Origin: Candidatus Levyibacteriota bacterium
Lineage (GTDB): Bacteria; Patescibacteriota; Microgenomatia; Levybacterales; UBA12049
Direction of reading: 5' to 3'
Assembly: GCA_038253825.1 (NCBI GenBank)
Contig: JBBSGT010000003.1
Coordinates: 463-64,462 of the forward strand
DNA: 64,000 nucleotides
Below are positions 1-10,199 of this stretch, piece after piece. How positions within the stretch are numbered: position 1 is the stretch's first letter; every line of letters starts with the position of its first letter. The notes beneath the pieces were generated by a model. That model worked only from the letters and a program-made list of their open reading frames with translations. It had not been told where the DNA came from and ran no database searches. Made by a program: the position numbers and the translations under genes.

Positions 1-177
1 GGAAATAAAACATTTCTGACGCCTCGTTATAAAGTTTTGAAATTATTAACTGATCCTCAAGTAAAAAAACACCTGACTATGAATGGGATCTTTCTTACTG
101 CGCATAAAGCACTCCTTGAAAAAGACTTTAAAGCAAAAAAAGTCAAAGTACAAATACAAAAGCAACTTTCAATCTAA
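1..177 (+). CDS. 3' end of a gene cut by the window edge; possibly ChbG/HpnK (YdjC) family carbohydrate deacetylase
   Basis: Frame 1 is open from base 1 to TAA 175-177: GNKTFLTPRYKVLKLLTDPQVKKHLTMNGIFL..., resembling the 'R..EL..L.DP..K..L...GI.L' tail of YdjC proteins. Confidence 0.4.
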   Translation, partial: GNKTFLTPRYKVLKLLTDPQVKKHLTMNGIFLTAHKALLEKDFKAKKVKVQIQKQLSI

Positions 178-212
178 AATATTAGCTATTTGTTGACGTT
201 GTGCATTTCTAG

Positions 213-218
213 TATAAT
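213..218 (+). promoter_or_regulatory. sigma70 -10 box giving a probable leaderless transcript
   Basis: TATAAT 6 nt before ATG 225, no SD. Confidence 0.6.
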
Positions 219-224
219 CCAAGC

Positions 225-989
225 ATGCGGGAAATTTATTTATCGGTAATAATCCCATGCTATGATGAAATGGCAAATCTTCAGAAAGGTGTTCTTGATA
301 AAATAGAACATTTTCTTTCAAAGAAGAAATATAGCTATGAAGTCATTATTGCGGATGATGGGTCAAAAGATGGTAGCAGTGAATTCGTCGGGCGATTCTG
401 TAAAGAAAACCCACATTTTTCTCTTATAAAAAATCCTCATTATGGTAAAGCTGGAGCTGTTACCACTGGAATGCTAAAAGCAAAAGGTTCATATAGAGTA
501 TTTACTGATATGGATCAGGCAACTCCAATAGAAGAAATTAATAAATTATTGCCATTTTTAGAAAGTAAAAAATATGATATCGCCATAGGTTCTCGGAATA
601 ACACTCGAAAAGGAGCACCTTGGATTCGCTTATTTATTTCTCGAAGTGCAATTGTTTTAAGAAAAATATTAATAGGACTACCAGAAATTCTTGACACACA
701 GTGTGGCTTTAAGATGTTCACAGGTCAATCAGCACAGGATATATTCCAACAATATAAAAATCTTAATTATGGATTTACTAAAATTTCGGGAACCGCAATT
801 ACTTTTGGATCGGACATAGAACTATTATATTTAGCCAAACAAAAAGAGTATAAAATAAAAGAAGTGCCGGTTCAGTGGCTGCATGTTGAGACGCGACGAG
901 TAAATCCTGTGAAAGATTCTATGCAAGGGGTGATTGATCTTCTCAGAATGAAACGATATATCTTGGCAGGAAAGTATAGAAATTTATAA
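225..989 (+). CDS. GT2, dolichyl/polyprenyl-phosphate glycosyltransferase (Alg5/DPG synthase-like)
   Basis: SVIIPCYDE, ADDGSKD, GKAGAV, FTDMD, DTQCGFKMF motifs. Confidence 0.85.
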   Translation: MREIYLSVIIPCYDEMANLQKGVLDKIEHFLSKKKYSYEVIIADDGSKDGSSEFVGRFCKENPHFSLIKNPHYGKAGAVTTGMLKAKGSYRVFTDMDQATPIEEINKLLPFLESKKYDIAIGSRNNTRKGAPWIRLFISRSAIVLRKILIGLPEILDTQCGFKMFTGQSAQDIFQQYKNLNYGFTKISGTAITFGSDIELLYLAKQKEYKIKEVPVQWLHVETRRVNPVKDSMQGVIDLLRMKRYILAGKYRNL

Positions 990-2203
990 TGGTTTTTAAA
1001 ACATTCTCTGTTAAAGAAAAAGTACTCTTTGCTATTCAAAGCTTAACGTTTCTTGGGCTTTTCCTTTATTCATTCTCACAAATTGATCTGGGATTAACTT
1101 TTTCAAAAGTTACTATTCTGCGCAATATTGTCACGTATTTTCAACATATTGGTTATTTTGAACGTCCGCTTTCATCCCTTATATATATATTTTTAGTTTC
1201 TTTATTGACACTGCTTTATTTTGTTACATTATATTTGGCCAATCATAAAAAAGTACACAAGAAATATGTATGGGCTATCATTATTTTGGGTGCTGTTCTT
1301 TTAACATTTTCCTATAACGCATTCTCCTATGATATTTTTAATTATATTTTTGACGCAAAGATTATAACACATTATCATGCTAATCCTTATGTCCATAAGG
1401 CTTTGGACTATCCAGGTGATCCTATGTTATCGTTTATGCATTGGACACATCGGCCATTTCCGTATGGACCAGTTTGGCTTGGTTTAACTGTTCCAATTTC
1501 TTTTATTGGCATGCAGATATTTTTGGTAACCTTCTTTTTCTTCAAAATGCTGATGACACTAAGCTTTTTAGGGACAGTCTATTTTATTGGGAAAATATTT
1601 CAAAAGTTGTTTCCGCAAAGAGAGATCTTTGGTCTTATCTTTTTTGGATTAAACCCACTTGTTCTAATTGAGAGTTTGGTATCGGCACATATCGATATCG
1701 TTATGATGTTTCTTGCTGTAGCTGCATTCTTTCTACTTATATCTAAAAACTATGGTAAGACATATATCCTGTTACTGTTCTCAATTGGTATAAAATTTCT
1801 GACCGGAATTTTAATTCCTGTCTTTATGTTTATCCATGTGATGCAGCACAGTGAAAAAACAATTAAGTGGGATAATATATTTGGGTTTATTCTCGTTTTA
1901 CTTATGGTGGGTGTAATTGCTGAATCAAGACAAAGCGGTAATTTTCAGCCTTGGTATTTGCTCGCACCTTTGAGCTTTTCTGCTTTTCTTGCCCATAAAC
2001 TGTATGTACTGATCCCAACTATTGTTATATCTTTTATTTCACTTTTTCTCTATCTACCATATCTCTATCTAGGAAATTGGGATCCACCAGTCCCACAACT
2101 TCTTTCTCAAATTATAATAATGAGTTACACTATCGCTTTTTGTTTTACTTCAATTTATTTTTTGTACAAACAAATAGTTTTGGTACGATCTAAAAAAGTC
2201 TAA
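989..2203 (+). CDS. Multi-TM GT-C glycosyltransferase, MptA/MptB (polyprenol-P-mannose alpha-1,6-mannosyltransferase)-like
   Basis: SYDIFNY, NPY, PYGPVWL, NPLVLIE..AHID, SIGIK, FQPWY motifs; many TM helices; TAATG coupling to upstream gene. Confidence 0.65.
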   Translation: MVFKTFSVKEKVLFAIQSLTFLGLFLYSFSQIDLGLTFSKVTILRNIVTYFQHIGYFERPLSSLIYIFLVSLLTLLYFVTLYLANHKKVHKKYVWAIIILGAVLLTFSYNAFSYDIFNYIFDAKIITHYHANPYVHKALDYPGDPMLSFMHWTHRPFPYGPVWLGLTVPISFIGMQIFLVTFFFFKMLMTLSFLGTVYFIGKIFQKLFPQREIFGLIFFGLNPLVLIESLVSAHIDIVMMFLAVAAFFLLISKNYGKTYILLLFSIGIKFLTGILIPVFMFIHVMQHSEKTIKWDNIFGFILVLLMVGVIAESRQSGNFQPWYLLAPLSFSAFLAHKLYVLIPTIVISFISLFLYLPYLYLGNWDPPVPQLLSQIIIMSYTIAFCFTSIYFLYKQIVLVRSKKV

Positions 2204-2223
2204 AAGTAATGATAATTTTTATG
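2203..2223. repeat. Left arm of imperfect inverted repeat flanking gene 2263-3744
   Basis: aaagtaatgataatttttatg versus reverse complement of 3787-3808 aaagtaactgatactttttatg (one gap, one mismatch). Confidence 0.55.
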
Positions 2224-2262
2224 AAAAAAACGCTTTATTATGTATAATAAGCTTAACAATAT

Positions 2263-3744
2263 ATGTTTACGAGAGCTCATCTTCGCGTATTAGCTTCTAA
2301 GAACGTCCTGCCTATAACCGCAATTGTCCTAATTGCTGCTGTTATCCGACTATTCGATTTTCCGCATGGGTATGGGTTTGATCCTGACGCTACTCGTGAT
2401 GCTATCATTGCATTTGAGGGAGCGAGTCATCCTTATTTTCCACTTGCCGGCGCCTTCTCATCTACTGGGCCGTTTACCTTTGGGCCATGGTATTACTTGA
2501 GTTTGATAATGGTGGAGTTCTTATTCAAAACTCCTTTCGCGCCATGGTTGCTGATGACAGCCGCGACACTGATAACCGTCGTCGCAATGTACGATATAGG
2601 AAGGCTCGTTGAATCCAGAGCACTGGGCTATGTGCTTGCCGGTTTCGCAGCATTAGCCCCATCTGAGTTTGTCGCAAGCGGATCGCTTTCCAACTTATCT
2701 CCCGTCACACTATTTGCTGCCCTCACGTTGTGGTCGAGTACTCGCATCCTCACTACCATGAGACCAGGTGTGTGGTGGTATTTCGTTCTCGGTGCATCTC
2801 TTGGACTTGGCATTAATGCACACTACCAAATGGCTGGACTTTTGATAGTACCGGTTCTTGTGTGGTTCTTCTCTTCTTCTCGAAAAGTACAGACGGCTCT
2901 GGCGGTTATGTTGGGAGTATTCCTTACATTCATACCGTTACTCATTTTTAACATATCGCATGACTGGCATACGCTTCGGGGAGTTGTCGAAATGTATGCT
3001 TCACGCGATCGCATCTATGTACCAAATAGTTGGAAGATCTATTTGGGTACGTTTTGGCCGTCATTGATACAGTTCATCTTTGGAACGCCGATATTGGTGA
3101 GTGCTGCACTGCTTTTGATTGTGCCTGCGGTGTTGTGCTTTGAAGCTTTTCGTAAATTGTTGCCACGTACTGTGTGGATACTGGCAATTGTTGTTTTTTT
3201 GAACATAATTCAGCTGCGGTATTATTGGGGAGAGCGCTACTTTCCGTATCATTACTATCTCGAACCGTTTCTCCTGTTTCTTGTGGGTTATGTCGTGTAT
3301 CGACTTGCCTCGATCATGCGATATGGCGTTGTCTTTAGTCTCCTGATTGGCCTATCAATCGGGTTCAGTATGGTTGTATTTGATTACAACCGCGATCGCT
3401 CATTCATTCTGGCTCCGGACCAGACCTTGCATGTAGTTGCGGCTTTGCAGGCTAATTATCCAGATAATCCGATAGAAGTGTATAAGTGTGATGGAGACAG
3501 GGGGTGGATAGCTGAGGCGACTACATACGTGATGCAATTTGAGAAAAAACCTAAATCAGGTCGTCCGGTTAAGCTAGGTATGATAGATGCAATCTGTAGT
3601 TATCCTTTAGATCAGCATGGAAGAAAAGTAGTAGGCACGCCGTTTGTTGATCTTTCTCTTGCATCCGAGAATGCGCTTAAGCAAGCTTCTTGGAGTGCGG
3701 TTACGACTGAGGGAGTATTTAAAAAATCAGCAAAATGGTACTGA
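2263..3744 (+). CDS. ArnT/PMT_2-like (GT83/GT39) membrane glycosyltransferase, GC-rich relative to neighbours
   Basis: DPDATRD acidic loop after TM1, G...GPWYY motif, many TMs; paralogous to 38194-39741. Confidence 0.7.
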   Translation: MFTRAHLRVLASKNVLPITAIVLIAAVIRLFDFPHGYGFDPDATRDAIIAFEGASHPYFPLAGAFSSTGPFTFGPWYYLSLIMVEFLFKTPFAPWLLMTAATLITVVAMYDIGRLVESRALGYVLAGFAALAPSEFVASGSLSNLSPVTLFAALTLWSSTRILTTMRPGVWWYFVLGASLGLGINAHYQMAGLLIVPVLVWFFSSSRKVQTALAVMLGVFLTFIPLLIFNISHDWHTLRGVVEMYASRDRIYVPNSWKIYLGTFWPSLIQFIFGTPILVSAALLLIVPAVLCFEAFRKLLPRTVWILAIVVFLNIIQLRYYWGERYFPYHYYLEPFLLFLVGYVVYRLASIMRYGVVFSLLIGLSIGFSMVVFDYNRDRSFILAPDQTLHVVAALQANYPDNPIEVYKCDGDRGWIAEATTYVMQFEKKPKSGRPVKLGMIDAICSYPLDQHGRKVVGTPFVDLSLASENALKQASWSAVTTEGVFKKSAKWY

Positions 3745-3786
3745 CGATCTGAGCTATCGTAATGCATTTTACATAGCATGAGCTTA

Positions 3787-3808
3787 CATAAAAAGTATCA
3801 GTTACTTT
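3787..3808. repeat. Right arm of imperfect inverted repeat flanking gene 2263-3744
   Basis: cataaaaagtatcagttacttt, complementary to 2203-2223. Confidence 0.55.
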
Positions 3809-3854
3809 CTTCACTCCATTGCTGAGAAAGCAAACTTTTGAGTATAATAGTATT

Positions 3855-5420
3855 ATGAATAAGTTTACAAAATACTTAGGGTTGTTTATTGTTTTGGCAA
3901 TATTTTATTTTGTTCTGCGGCTTTATCATCTCACGAACCTACCGATTTTTACTGACGAGTCAATCTATATCCGATGGGCACAAATTGGCCTGGGCGATCC
4001 CATGTATCGATTCCTTTCTCTTACTGATGGCAAGCAACCGCTTTTCATTTGGATTATGTATCCATTCCTCAAGATTTTTCACGATCCTCTTGTAGGTGGA
4101 AGAATGGTGTCTGTTTTTACAGGTTTTTTCACGATGCTCGGATTAGGTTTGGTGAGTTTTACTTTATTCAAAAAAAGATCATGGGCGCTTTTCACAATGG
4201 CGCTCTACATTGCATATCCGTTTGCTCAAGTCATGGACCGTATGGCTCTTTATGACAGTATGGTAGCGATGTTCTTTATCTGGTCAGTTTATGCCTCACT
4301 GATGCTCATTAAATCTATGCGTTTAACAGATGCATACAATTTGGGATTTATTTTAGGAGCAGAAAATCTCACTAAGCTTCCTGTTTTTTTCAGTATCCTG
4401 TTACTTCCTATAACCTTGATACTTTTTGATTTTCGTCAAAAACATTGGAGAAGGGAATTACTGAAATGGTTCGGTTTTACTGCTCTAAGCGTTGTTATTT
4501 CACAAGTAATGTATTTCGTTGTTAAGTTGTCACCGCTCCCAAACGTTACTAATGAAAAAAATAATACCTTTTATTACCCAATTTCAGAATGGATTCATCA
4601 TCCTTTTCAATTTTTCATTGGCAATTTCCAAGGTATGACGGCATCTCTTTTGGGATATCTAACAATTCCATATATTTTGTTGGTACTCGTGGCACTTTTT
4701 TATCTCAAGAAAAATTTTAAAGAGAAGGTAATGTTGCTCATATATTTTCTTCTTCCCTATATTGGTTTTGCTTTAATAGGGAAGGAGATTTTTGCTCGGT
4801 ATGTCTTTTTTATGAGTTTGCCCTTGATACTCTTGGCAGGGTGGGGCTTAGGATATCTCATTGATTTGATTATCAAATACTGGCATATAAAAGCTCAAAT
4901 GCGTTTTGTTACAGCGGGATTTATTGCAATTATCTTTTTACTTTATCCTTTATATGTTTGTTTAAGTTTTGCGGCAAACCCAATAGCTGCACCAATTCCA
5001 CAGTCCGATAAGACTCAATATGTTACAGCATGGACAAGTGGTTGGGGATTGAAAGATGCTGTTACCTATCTTCAAAATCAAGCGCAAAGTGGACCAATTT
5101 ATGTAGCAACTGAAGGAACCTTCGGACTTTATCCACAAGGGATAGAATTATATCTATCTAAAAATCCAAATGTTTCAATTAAAGGATATTATTGGGAAAT
5201 AACAAAAGATTTTCCTAAAGATTTAGTAGAAAAAGCAAAGACAATGCCCACATACTTTATCTTCTATCAACCATGCCCTGGAGGCTTTTGTGACCGACCC
5301 GGTGATGCGCCCGCAGGATGGCCTGTGAGAGTTGTGCAGACATATACTCATCCAAACACCCAAACACGAGTTGTCATCTATCAAGTGGAAGAAGGTACGC
5401 TGAATGAAAACATTAAATAG
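3855..5420 (+). CDS. GT39/PMT_2-like membrane glycosyltransferase
   Basis: PIFTDESIYIRWA, DGKQPLF, DRMALYD motifs; start moved to ATG 3855, 6 nt after TATAAT 3843-3848. Confidence 0.75.
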   Translation: MNKFTKYLGLFIVLAIFYFVLRLYHLTNLPIFTDESIYIRWAQIGLGDPMYRFLSLTDGKQPLFIWIMYPFLKIFHDPLVGGRMVSVFTGFFTMLGLGLVSFTLFKKRSWALFTMALYIAYPFAQVMDRMALYDSMVAMFFIWSVYASLMLIKSMRLTDAYNLGFILGAENLTKLPVFFSILLLPITLILFDFRQKHWRRELLKWFGFTALSVVISQVMYFVVKLSPLPNVTNEKNNTFYYPISEWIHHPFQFFIGNFQGMTASLLGYLTIPYILLVLVALFYLKKNFKEKVMLLIYFLLPYIGFALIGKEIFARYVFFMSLPLILLAGWGLGYLIDLIIKYWHIKAQMRFVTAGFIAIIFLLYPLYVCLSFAANPIAAPIPQSDKTQYVTAWTSGWGLKDAVTYLQNQAQSGPIYVATEGTFGLYPQGIELYLSKNPNVSIKGYYWEITKDFPKDLVEKAKTMPTYFIFYQPCPGGFCDRPGDAPAGWPVRVVQTYTHPNTQTRVVIYQVEEGTLNENIK

Positions 5421-7131
5421 GTTACTTCCCACATTGGTTGTTATTGCATTCTGTTATTGGTCGATAGCACCTCTCTTCCATCCTGGCTTTTTCCCCATCC
5501 ACGACGGTGAACAAGTAGGGAGATTACACGAATTACATCTTGATGTTGTTTCTGGACAATTGCCACCACGGCTTTCGCAGAATTTAGGCTATGGATATGA
5601 TTATCCATTATTTAATTTTTATCCTTCTTTTGTTTATTACATCGCAGAGGTCTATCATTTGCTCGGGTTTTCCTATATCTCTTCAATAAAAATCATGATA
5701 GCAACAGGTTTTCTTCTTGCAGCTATTGGTATGTACTGGCTTTCAAGATATTATTTCGGCAGATTAGCTGGGGTGATTTCTGCGGTTCTTTATACATATG
5801 CGTCATATCATAGTGTGGATGTTTATGTTCGCGGAGCACTGCCGGAATTTTGGTCATTTGTCTTTTTCCCTTTCATCTTTCTCGGTTTTACAAAAATAGC
5901 AGAAAAACCTCGAACATTATGGACGATAGTCACAGGTGTTTTGCTGGCATGTTTTGTTTTAACCCACAATCTTATCGCAATGATGAGTTCACCGTTCATC
6001 TTAGGATTTCTGATTTATCTTGTAATGATAACAAAGGAGAAAAAACAGTTTATTCATTCAGTACTTATTTCTGGCACACTTGGTGTTTTGTTATCTGCTT
6101 ATTTTTGGTTGCCTTCGCTGGCAGAGAAGCATAATACAATGGTAAATTTGTTGACAAAAGAATTAGCAGATTATTCACTGTATTTTGTCTATCCTATACA
6201 ATTTTGGCATTCCCCTTGGGGCTATGGCGGGTCAGTTCCGGGTATGGGGGATGGTATTTCATTCCAAATTGGGAAGGTATACTTTCTTAGCATCATTGCT
6301 GTTTTTGTTTATGCACTATTTTTATTTAAAAAGTATAGAAAGACCGCAGTTCTTCTATTTCTTCTCATCTTCCTTTTTGTCTTCTCATTATTTATGCAAA
6401 TCTCTGCATCAAAGTTTATTTGGGATACCCTGAGGTCTGTAATGGCATATATCCAATTTCCATGGCGATTCCTTGAAATTAGCTTCTTCCTCTCGTCATT
6501 TGCTATAGGAGCACTCTTCATTACCCCTTTTCCTTTTCTCAATAAAAAGTGGGTTCTTTATTTGCAGTATATATTGGGTATCGTGATGATCGCGTTCGTT
6601 TTGTATAAAGGTGTAACAATTTTTAATCCATCAAAATATCTTACCAATGTAACTGATCAAGATTATGTCAGTGAAAGTGTTATGCGATGGGACACAAGCA
6701 ATTTATCTTTTGAATATGTACCAAATGGGATATCGACAAGAAAATCACCTCATGGAAATACTATAGTAAATATCACTAAGGATCAAATAGCCAAAAGTCC
6801 ATTTTCTTCTATTACCGGAAATATGAATATTCAAGTGAAAAAAGATATCCCTCAGCAAAAAACTGCGTTTGTTTCAGTTAAATCAAATGGTATACTACAA
6901 ATCAATGTATACGATTTTCCCGGATGGCATGTCTCTATCGATAGTAAAGAAGTCTCTTATTCTTCAAAGAATGCATTGAAATTGTTGCGGGTTCCTATAG
7001 GCCGAGGAATGCATACAGTCACTGCAGTATTTAAAGACACAACAGTCCGAAGTATAGGAAATGCATTGTCGGGGATAACAATGTTTTGCATTGTTATCTT
7101 TCTTATTGTCCGTTTGCGTAAAGTGAAATGA
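5404..7131 (+). CDS. YfhO/'PTPS-related' membrane protein (GT-C fold)
   Basis: HDGEQVGR, GYDYPLFNFYP, RGALPE, THN, QFPWRFL, FPGW motifs. Confidence 0.7.
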   Translation: MKTLNRLLPTLVVIAFCYWSIAPLFHPGFFPIHDGEQVGRLHELHLDVVSGQLPPRLSQNLGYGYDYPLFNFYPSFVYYIAEVYHLLGFSYISSIKIMIATGFLLAAIGMYWLSRYYFGRLAGVISAVLYTYASYHSVDVYVRGALPEFWSFVFFPFIFLGFTKIAEKPRTLWTIVTGVLLACFVLTHNLIAMMSSPFILGFLIYLVMITKEKKQFIHSVLISGTLGVLLSAYFWLPSLAEKHNTMVNLLTKELADYSLYFVYPIQFWHSPWGYGGSVPGMGDGISFQIGKVYFLSIIAVFVYALFLFKKYRKTAVLLFLLIFLFVFSLFMQISASKFIWDTLRSVMAYIQFPWRFLEISFFLSSFAIGALFITPFPFLNKKWVLYLQYILGIVMIAFVLYKGVTIFNPSKYLTNVTDQDYVSESVMRWDTSNLSFEYVPNGISTRKSPHGNTIVNITKDQIAKSPFSSITGNMNIQVKKDIPQQKTAFVSVKSNGILQINVYDFPGWHVSIDSKEVSYSSKNALKLLRVPIGRGMHTVTAVFKDTTVRSIGNALSGITMFCIVIFLIVRLRKVK

Positions 7132-7847
7132 ATAAAAAATTATCTGAATTATCTATTTTCTTTCCGTTTTGGAATGAAGAAAAAAATATAGAAAACGTTG
7201 TGCAAAACGCAAAAGAAGTAGCAGAAAAAGTTGCTTCTCGATGGGAGATCATTATGGTTGATGATGGGTCAGTTGATAAAACTTTGCAGATAGCACAGAA
7301 ATTAACAAAGCAAGATAAGAGACTTCGTGTCGTGACGCATACGCCAAATAGAGGTTACGGAGCTGCATTAGCAGCTGGATTTTCAGTTGCACAATATAAA
7401 TATATCGTTTTTACTGATGGCGACATGCAATTTGATTTTGGTGAAGTTACAAAATTAATTGAAAAGATAGCAAACGCAGATATTGTTATCGGTTATCGAA
7501 AAAAAAGAAGGGATAAGAATCTAGGGAAACGCTTGTTATTAATGTATCTCTTAAAAGTTTGGGATTTAATTCTTTTCAGGTTTTACGTTAGAGACATTGA
7601 TTGTGCTTTTAAGATGTTTCGCAAAGAAGCAATTGAGCAAATTATTCCTTTACGTTCAGAAGGAGCCTTGGTCTCAACTGAGTTATTGGCCAAGGCAAAA
7701 AGAAAAAAGCTGAAAATAATTGAGGTTGGGGTAACACATTACCCAAGAAAATTGGGATATCAAAGCGGTGCAAATTTCCTGGTTATTCTTCGAGCTATTT
7801 TTGAAAGTTTTATATTATGGTGGGATTTAAAAAATGGAAGATTTTGA
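7128..7847 (+). CDS. GT2, DPM1-like polyprenol-phosphate sugar synthase
   Basis: VDDGSVD, NRGYGAA, FTDGDMQF, DIDCAFK. Confidence 0.85.
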   Translation: MNKKLSELSIFFPFWNEEKNIENVVQNAKEVAEKVASRWEIIMVDDGSVDKTLQIAQKLTKQDKRLRVVTHTPNRGYGAALAAGFSVAQYKYIVFTDGDMQFDFGEVTKLIEKIANADIVIGYRKKRRDKNLGKRLLLMYLLKVWDLILFRFYVRDIDCAFKMFRKEAIEQIIPLRSEGALVSTELLAKAKRKKLKIIEVGVTHYPRKLGYQSGANFLVILRAIFESFILWWDLKNGRF

Positions 7848-9294
7848 TTTACAAGTAGTTGCTAAAAAATCAGTAACAGGAATATTTGCCCTCGTTTCCC
7901 GTTCATTCCTCGTGCAAATTTTGGCAGTTGTCAGTAACTTTGTTCTGACAATATATCTCGAACCTGCAATGTTCGGTATCTTTTTTGTCGTCAGTGCGAT
8001 CAACGTCTTTTTGGCATATTTTCAGGATATTGGCTTGGCTGCTCTTATTGTACAAAAGAAAGAAGAACCTTCAGTTGAGGAATTACGGACAACCTTTACG
8101 ATTCAGCAAATTTTAGTTTTTAGTATTGTCATCATTGGTTTTCTCCTCACTCCATTTATCACGCATCAGTTTCATTTAACAACTGAAGGTTTATATGTCT
8201 ATTACGCATATTTAATTTCTTTTATATTTTCCTCACTTAAAACTATCCCCACAGTTTTACTTGAAAGAAGACTTGATTTCCAAAAGCTTGTTGTACCCCA
8301 GATTGCCGAAGGACTTGTTTACAGTATTGCTCTTATTACTTTTGCACTCTTAGGTTTTGGTGTGAATACATTTACTATCGCAATTTTATTAAGAAGTATT
8401 GTGGGATTGCCATTAATTTATTATATACAGCCATGGAGTATTGGGTTTGCGTTTAAAAAATCACTCATCAAGCAACTTATTTCTCACGGATCTCCTTATC
8501 AAGGAAATAGTATCCTTGCACTTTTAAAAGATGATTTGGTAGATCTATATGTAGCATCTGTATTGCCACTTACACAGGTTGGATATATTGGGTTTGGACA
8601 AAAGTGGGGTTCTCTTCCTTTACGGCTTGTTATGGATAATGTTATTAAAGTCACATTCCCTTCCTACAGCCGCTTACAGCACAATAAAGAAGCATTAAAG
8701 ATAGTAGTTGAAAAGTCTCTCTTTTTAATCTCGTTTTTCATTTTCCCTATCGTTGTAGGATTTATTGTCTTTTCTCCTGATCTTATCAAATTTATCCCGC
8801 GATACGGGAAATGGGAAAATGCATTAGTTTCCTTAATGTATTTTTCTTTGGATACACTCTTTGCTTCGATAAGTGTGCCTTTAACAAACTTACTGAATGC
8901 TATCGGAAAAGTAAAAATTACGCTGAAATATATGGTATTTTGGACAATCTTAACGTGGGTCTTGACGATTCTGTTTATACGCTGGTTTGGTTATAATGGT
9001 GTCGCATTAGCGTCCTTTATTGTCTCTGCAAGTGTTCTTCTTATTCTTATTCCGGTTAAAAAAGAATTGCAGTTTTCGTTTGTCGGTCCCATATGGAAAC
9101 AATTTTTAGCAGCACTCATTATGGGAATTCTAGTCTACGCAAGCCGTGGTATGATTCATTCTCTCTTAGAATTGGGAATGATGATGATTATAGCAGGAAT
9201 CTTCTATCTAGCAATTCTTTTTGCAATATCAAAAAATGAGCTTATGAAGATATATGCATTTATTTCAGATATAATTAAAAAGGATAAAAAATGA
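7834..9294 (+). CDS. wzx: Wzx/MOP-family oligosaccharide flippase
   Basis: L.P..FGIF, DIGLAALIVQ, LERRLDF, VTFPSYSRLQ; about 12-14 TMs. Confidence 0.85.
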   Translation: MEDFDLQVVAKKSVTGIFALVSRSFLVQILAVVSNFVLTIYLEPAMFGIFFVVSAINVFLAYFQDIGLAALIVQKKEEPSVEELRTTFTIQQILVFSIVIIGFLLTPFITHQFHLTTEGLYVYYAYLISFIFSSLKTIPTVLLERRLDFQKLVVPQIAEGLVYSIALITFALLGFGVNTFTIAILLRSIVGLPLIYYIQPWSIGFAFKKSLIKQLISHGSPYQGNSILALLKDDLVDLYVASVLPLTQVGYIGFGQKWGSLPLRLVMDNVIKVTFPSYSRLQHNKEALKIVVEKSLFLISFFIFPIVVGFIVFSPDLIKFIPRYGKWENALVSLMYFSLDTLFASISVPLTNLLNAIGKVKITLKYMVFWTILTWVLTILFIRWFGYNGVALASFIVSASVLLILIPVKKELQFSFVGPIWKQFLAALIMGILVYASRGMIHSLLELGMMMIIAGIFYLAILFAISKNELMKIYAFISDIIKKDKK

Positions 9295-10199
9295 GGAATA
9301 TAGCAGTTGTAACAGTCAACTATAATACGGCTAAAGACACGCAGGCTTTTTTAGCATCTCTAGCAAAAATTGCCAGAGAAAATTTTACCATCCAAACTAT
9401 TGTTGTTGATAATGGTTCTATAGAGAAACTTCAATTGTCTCCTAAAGAACAATTAAATACTATACTTATCCATAATGCAGATAACAGTGGTTTCTCTGGG
9501 GGTTATAATATTGGCATCAAAACAGCCTTAAAAAATGGAGCTGATGCTATAATGATTGTTAATAATGACACGCTTCTAGATCCAGATCTTCTTATTAATT
9601 TAGAAAAAGTATTATATTCAGATGAGATCATTGGGTTAACTGTGCCTAAAATTTATTTTGCAAAAGGACACGAATTTCATAAGGACCGGTATACAAAAGA
9701 ACAATTAGGAAAGGTACTCTGGTATGCAGGAGGAAGTGTAGATTGGAAGAATATTCAAAGTATTCATAGAGGAGTCGATGAAGTCGATGAGGGGCAATAC
9801 AATAACACCGAAAAGGTAGATTTTGCGAGTGGTTGTTGTATGATGATCAAAAAAGAAGTCTTTGAGAAAATTGGAATGTTTGACGAGCGATATTTTCTCT
9901 ATTATGAAGATGCAGATCTGTGCGAACGCATGAAACGTGCAGGATATGCTCTTTACTATGCACCGGATGCTTTTCTTTATCATATAAATGCTTCTTCCTC
10001 GGGAGGTGCGGGAAATGTTATTCAGGATTATTATATTACTCGTAATCAAATGCTTTTTGGTATGTCATATGCGCCACTGCGTGCAAAGATTGCTTTATTA
10101 CGTCAAAGTTTTCGGTTGTTAAAAAACGGAAGACCGAATCAAAAAAAAGCAATTAAAGATTATTTTCTGAGGAGATTCGGCAAAGGAGAAAATTTATGA
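9291..10199 (+). CDS. GT2 (WbbL/GT2_like_c type)
   Basis: VNYN, VDNGS, NSGFSGGYN, NNDT, FDERYFLYYEDADL. Confidence 0.85.
   Translation: MRNIAVVTVNYNTAKDTQAFLASLAKIARENFTIQTIVVDNGSIEKLQLSPKEQLNTILIHNADNSGFSGGYNIGIKTALKNGADAIMIVNNDTLLDPDLLINLEKVLYSDEIIGLTVPKIYFAKGHEFHKDRYTKEQLGKVLWYAGGSVDWKNIQSIHRGVDEVDEGQYNNTEKVDFASGCCMMIKKEVFEKIGMFDERYFLYYEDADLCERMKRAGYALYYAPDAFLYHINASSSGGAGNVIQDYYITRNQMLFGMSYAPLRAKIALLRQSFRLLKNGRPNQKKAIKDYFLRRFGKGENL

Noticed and set aside
2229-2257. dif-like look (central TGTATA with palindromic flanks)
   Set aside because: Arms match the XerC/XerD consensus poorly; better explained as the -10 region of gene 2263
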